From NCBI GenBank assembly GCA_051313645.2, contig JBNRSN020000060.1, positions 4,278,001 to 4,342,000 of the forward strand: DNA of 64,000 nt, written 5' to 3'. This stretch comes from Centroscyllium fabricii (taxonomy: Eukaryota). This document shows, in pieces, positions 62,510 through 64,000 of the stretch. The number at the start of each line of letters is the position of its first letter. Positions within the stretch are counted from its first letter, which is position 1. Under the pieces are notes generated by a model that worked only from the letters and a program-made list of their open reading frames with translations, ran no database searches and had not been told where the DNA came from. The position numbers were made by a program, and so were the translations under genes.

Positions 62510-63000
62510 CTTGGTAGCATGATGGTTATGTTACTGGACTAGTAATCCATGGGCCTGGAAACAAATCCCACCAGGGCAGCTGGTGAATTTAAACTCAGTT
62601 ATAAAAAAAAGCTAGTATCAGTAATGGTGACCATGAAACTAACGGATTGTCGTAAAAACCCTTCTGGTTCACTGATGTCCTTTAGGGAAGGAAATCTGTC
62701 GTCCTTACCCGGTCTGGCCTATATGTGACTTGAGACCTACAGCAATGTGGTTGACTCATAACTGCCCTCTGAAATGGCCTAGCAAGCCACTCAGTTGTAA
62801 CAAACCGCTGCGAAAAATAATAAGAATAAAACCAGAGGAACCAGCCAGCAATGACCTTGGCACCGGCTACGGACACGACAAATGGTCGACCCTGCAAAGC
62901 CTTCCTCACGGACATCTGGGGACTTGTGCCAAAGTTGGGAGAGCTGTTCCACAGACGAGTCAAGCAACAGCCTGACATAGTCATACTCACACAATGATAC
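62510..63000 (+). mobile_element. 5' end of family C element continuing into an AP-endonuclease-like frame
   Basis: Same head/body as 6770, then DIWGLVPKLGELFHRRVKQQPDIVILT; cut off by an LTR at 63001. Confidence 0.7.
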
Positions 63001-64000
63001 TGTAGGAGTCAACGGACTACCTACTCGCTTTCAGAGGTAAAAAGACGCGAGGTGCAGAGCACTGGTAAAACACGTCTTTATTACATCGCTAAGAAGTTCA
63101 AACTGAAAGAGGAAACCCGCGAATCCGCAAAGCACTCTGGGGCGCCTGGGTCGGTCTGAGTGGCGGTTGCTTAAGCCACTGAGGGACCAAGGCTGGCGAA
63201 CCGGTTGTCCAATGGGACTGCGGGGGCGGGACCGGCCGTTGCATGGGAATTATGCCTGAGAGGGGGAGCCCCAGTGGCTTCCCTGGGTAGTGCCGCTACA
63301 CACGCCCCCCCAGAATCCCCATGCACATGGAAGGTCAGCCTGCGGGGAGGTTTGACCAGGCGGCTGGAGCACGTGTGGTAGCCCGCGGGCGTGTCACAGA
63401 CAGGGGCGGGATCCGGCCGCGGCGGGTGGGGCCGGCGTGGCCGCCAGAGGCGGTGAGGGAGGGGGGATGAAAACGGCCGGGGGGGGGGCGGGAGTTGGAG
63501 GGGCGTGGGCTCGTCGGCAGGGACGATCAGCCCCGCGTGGGGGGCCGGGGGACCCGGGTCGGACAGGGCGGGGTCAACGTGAGCCGCCTTCAGCCTGTCG
63601 ATGAACACCAGGTCCTTCCTCCCGCCGATTGCGAGGAGGAAGGCCTTGTCCCCGGGCTCCAGGACGCGGAAGGGACCTGTGTAGGGTGCCTGGAGGGGTG
63701 TCCGGTGGGCGTCCCGGCAGACGAAGACGAAACGGGCCTGGCGCAGTTCGGCAGGCACATGGGTTGACTGGGGCCCGTGGGACGACGTAGGTGCGGGTAG
63801 CAGGCGGTGGGCCGGGTCGTTGTTGCGGGCCAGCTGCTCGGTCGCCGACCAGCCCTCGGTGGTGATGGGGAGGAATTCCCCGGGGATGTGGAGGGGTTGG
63901 CCCAGGACTAACTCGACCGAGGAGGCGCCGAGGTCTTCCTTGGGGGCCGCTCGCAGCCCTAGCAGGATCCAGGGGAGTCTGTCGAGCCAGTTGGCGTCGG
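63001..64000 (-). mobile_element. 3' end of a second CsRn1-like Gypsy element (integrase C-terminus + 3' LTR)
   Basis: 300-bp LTR 63001-63300 with TGTAG...CTACA termini and AATAAA; G-run PPT at ~63305; ORF 63171..63758 (PLQAPYTGPFRV..IDRLKAAH) homologous to 24326..25279; runs off the window. Confidence 0.88.

Overview
Vertebrate genomic DNA, almost certainly a cartilaginous fish (shark), judged from HE1-type V-SINEs, DeuSINE/SacSINE1-like SINEs and HER1-like CR1 LINEs. The only host gene I can support is a MAPK-activated protein kinase, most likely MAPKAPK3, on the minus strand. Nine coding exons (60748 down to the stop at 10073) splice in frame with GT-AG introns to give 311 codons plus stop; the first coding exon lies beyond base 64000. 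The rest is largely transposable elements: a near-intact full-length CR1 LINE, several truncated, nested or chimeric CR1s, four Gypsy LTR elements of three lineages, a solo LTR, an RTE-X-like LINE inside a ~5 kb CT-rich minisatellite, two Penelope-type fold-back insertions with hammerhead-like cores, Tigger-like and Harbinger-like MITEs, L2 relics and several SINE families. The leads most worth following are: (1) an in-phase U_UUA_AAC slippery heptamer directly before the ORF1 stop in two different CR1 families, suggesting -1 ribosomal frameshifting into ORF2; (2) a Gypsy element with a hairpin in place of a tRNA primer-binding site; (3) a tRNA-headed 'SINE' that appears to be an internally deleted form of a tRNA-headed LINE; (4) tandem YY1-motif arrays in two unrelated Gypsy elements. 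All family names come from recognising motifs by eye; no database search was run.
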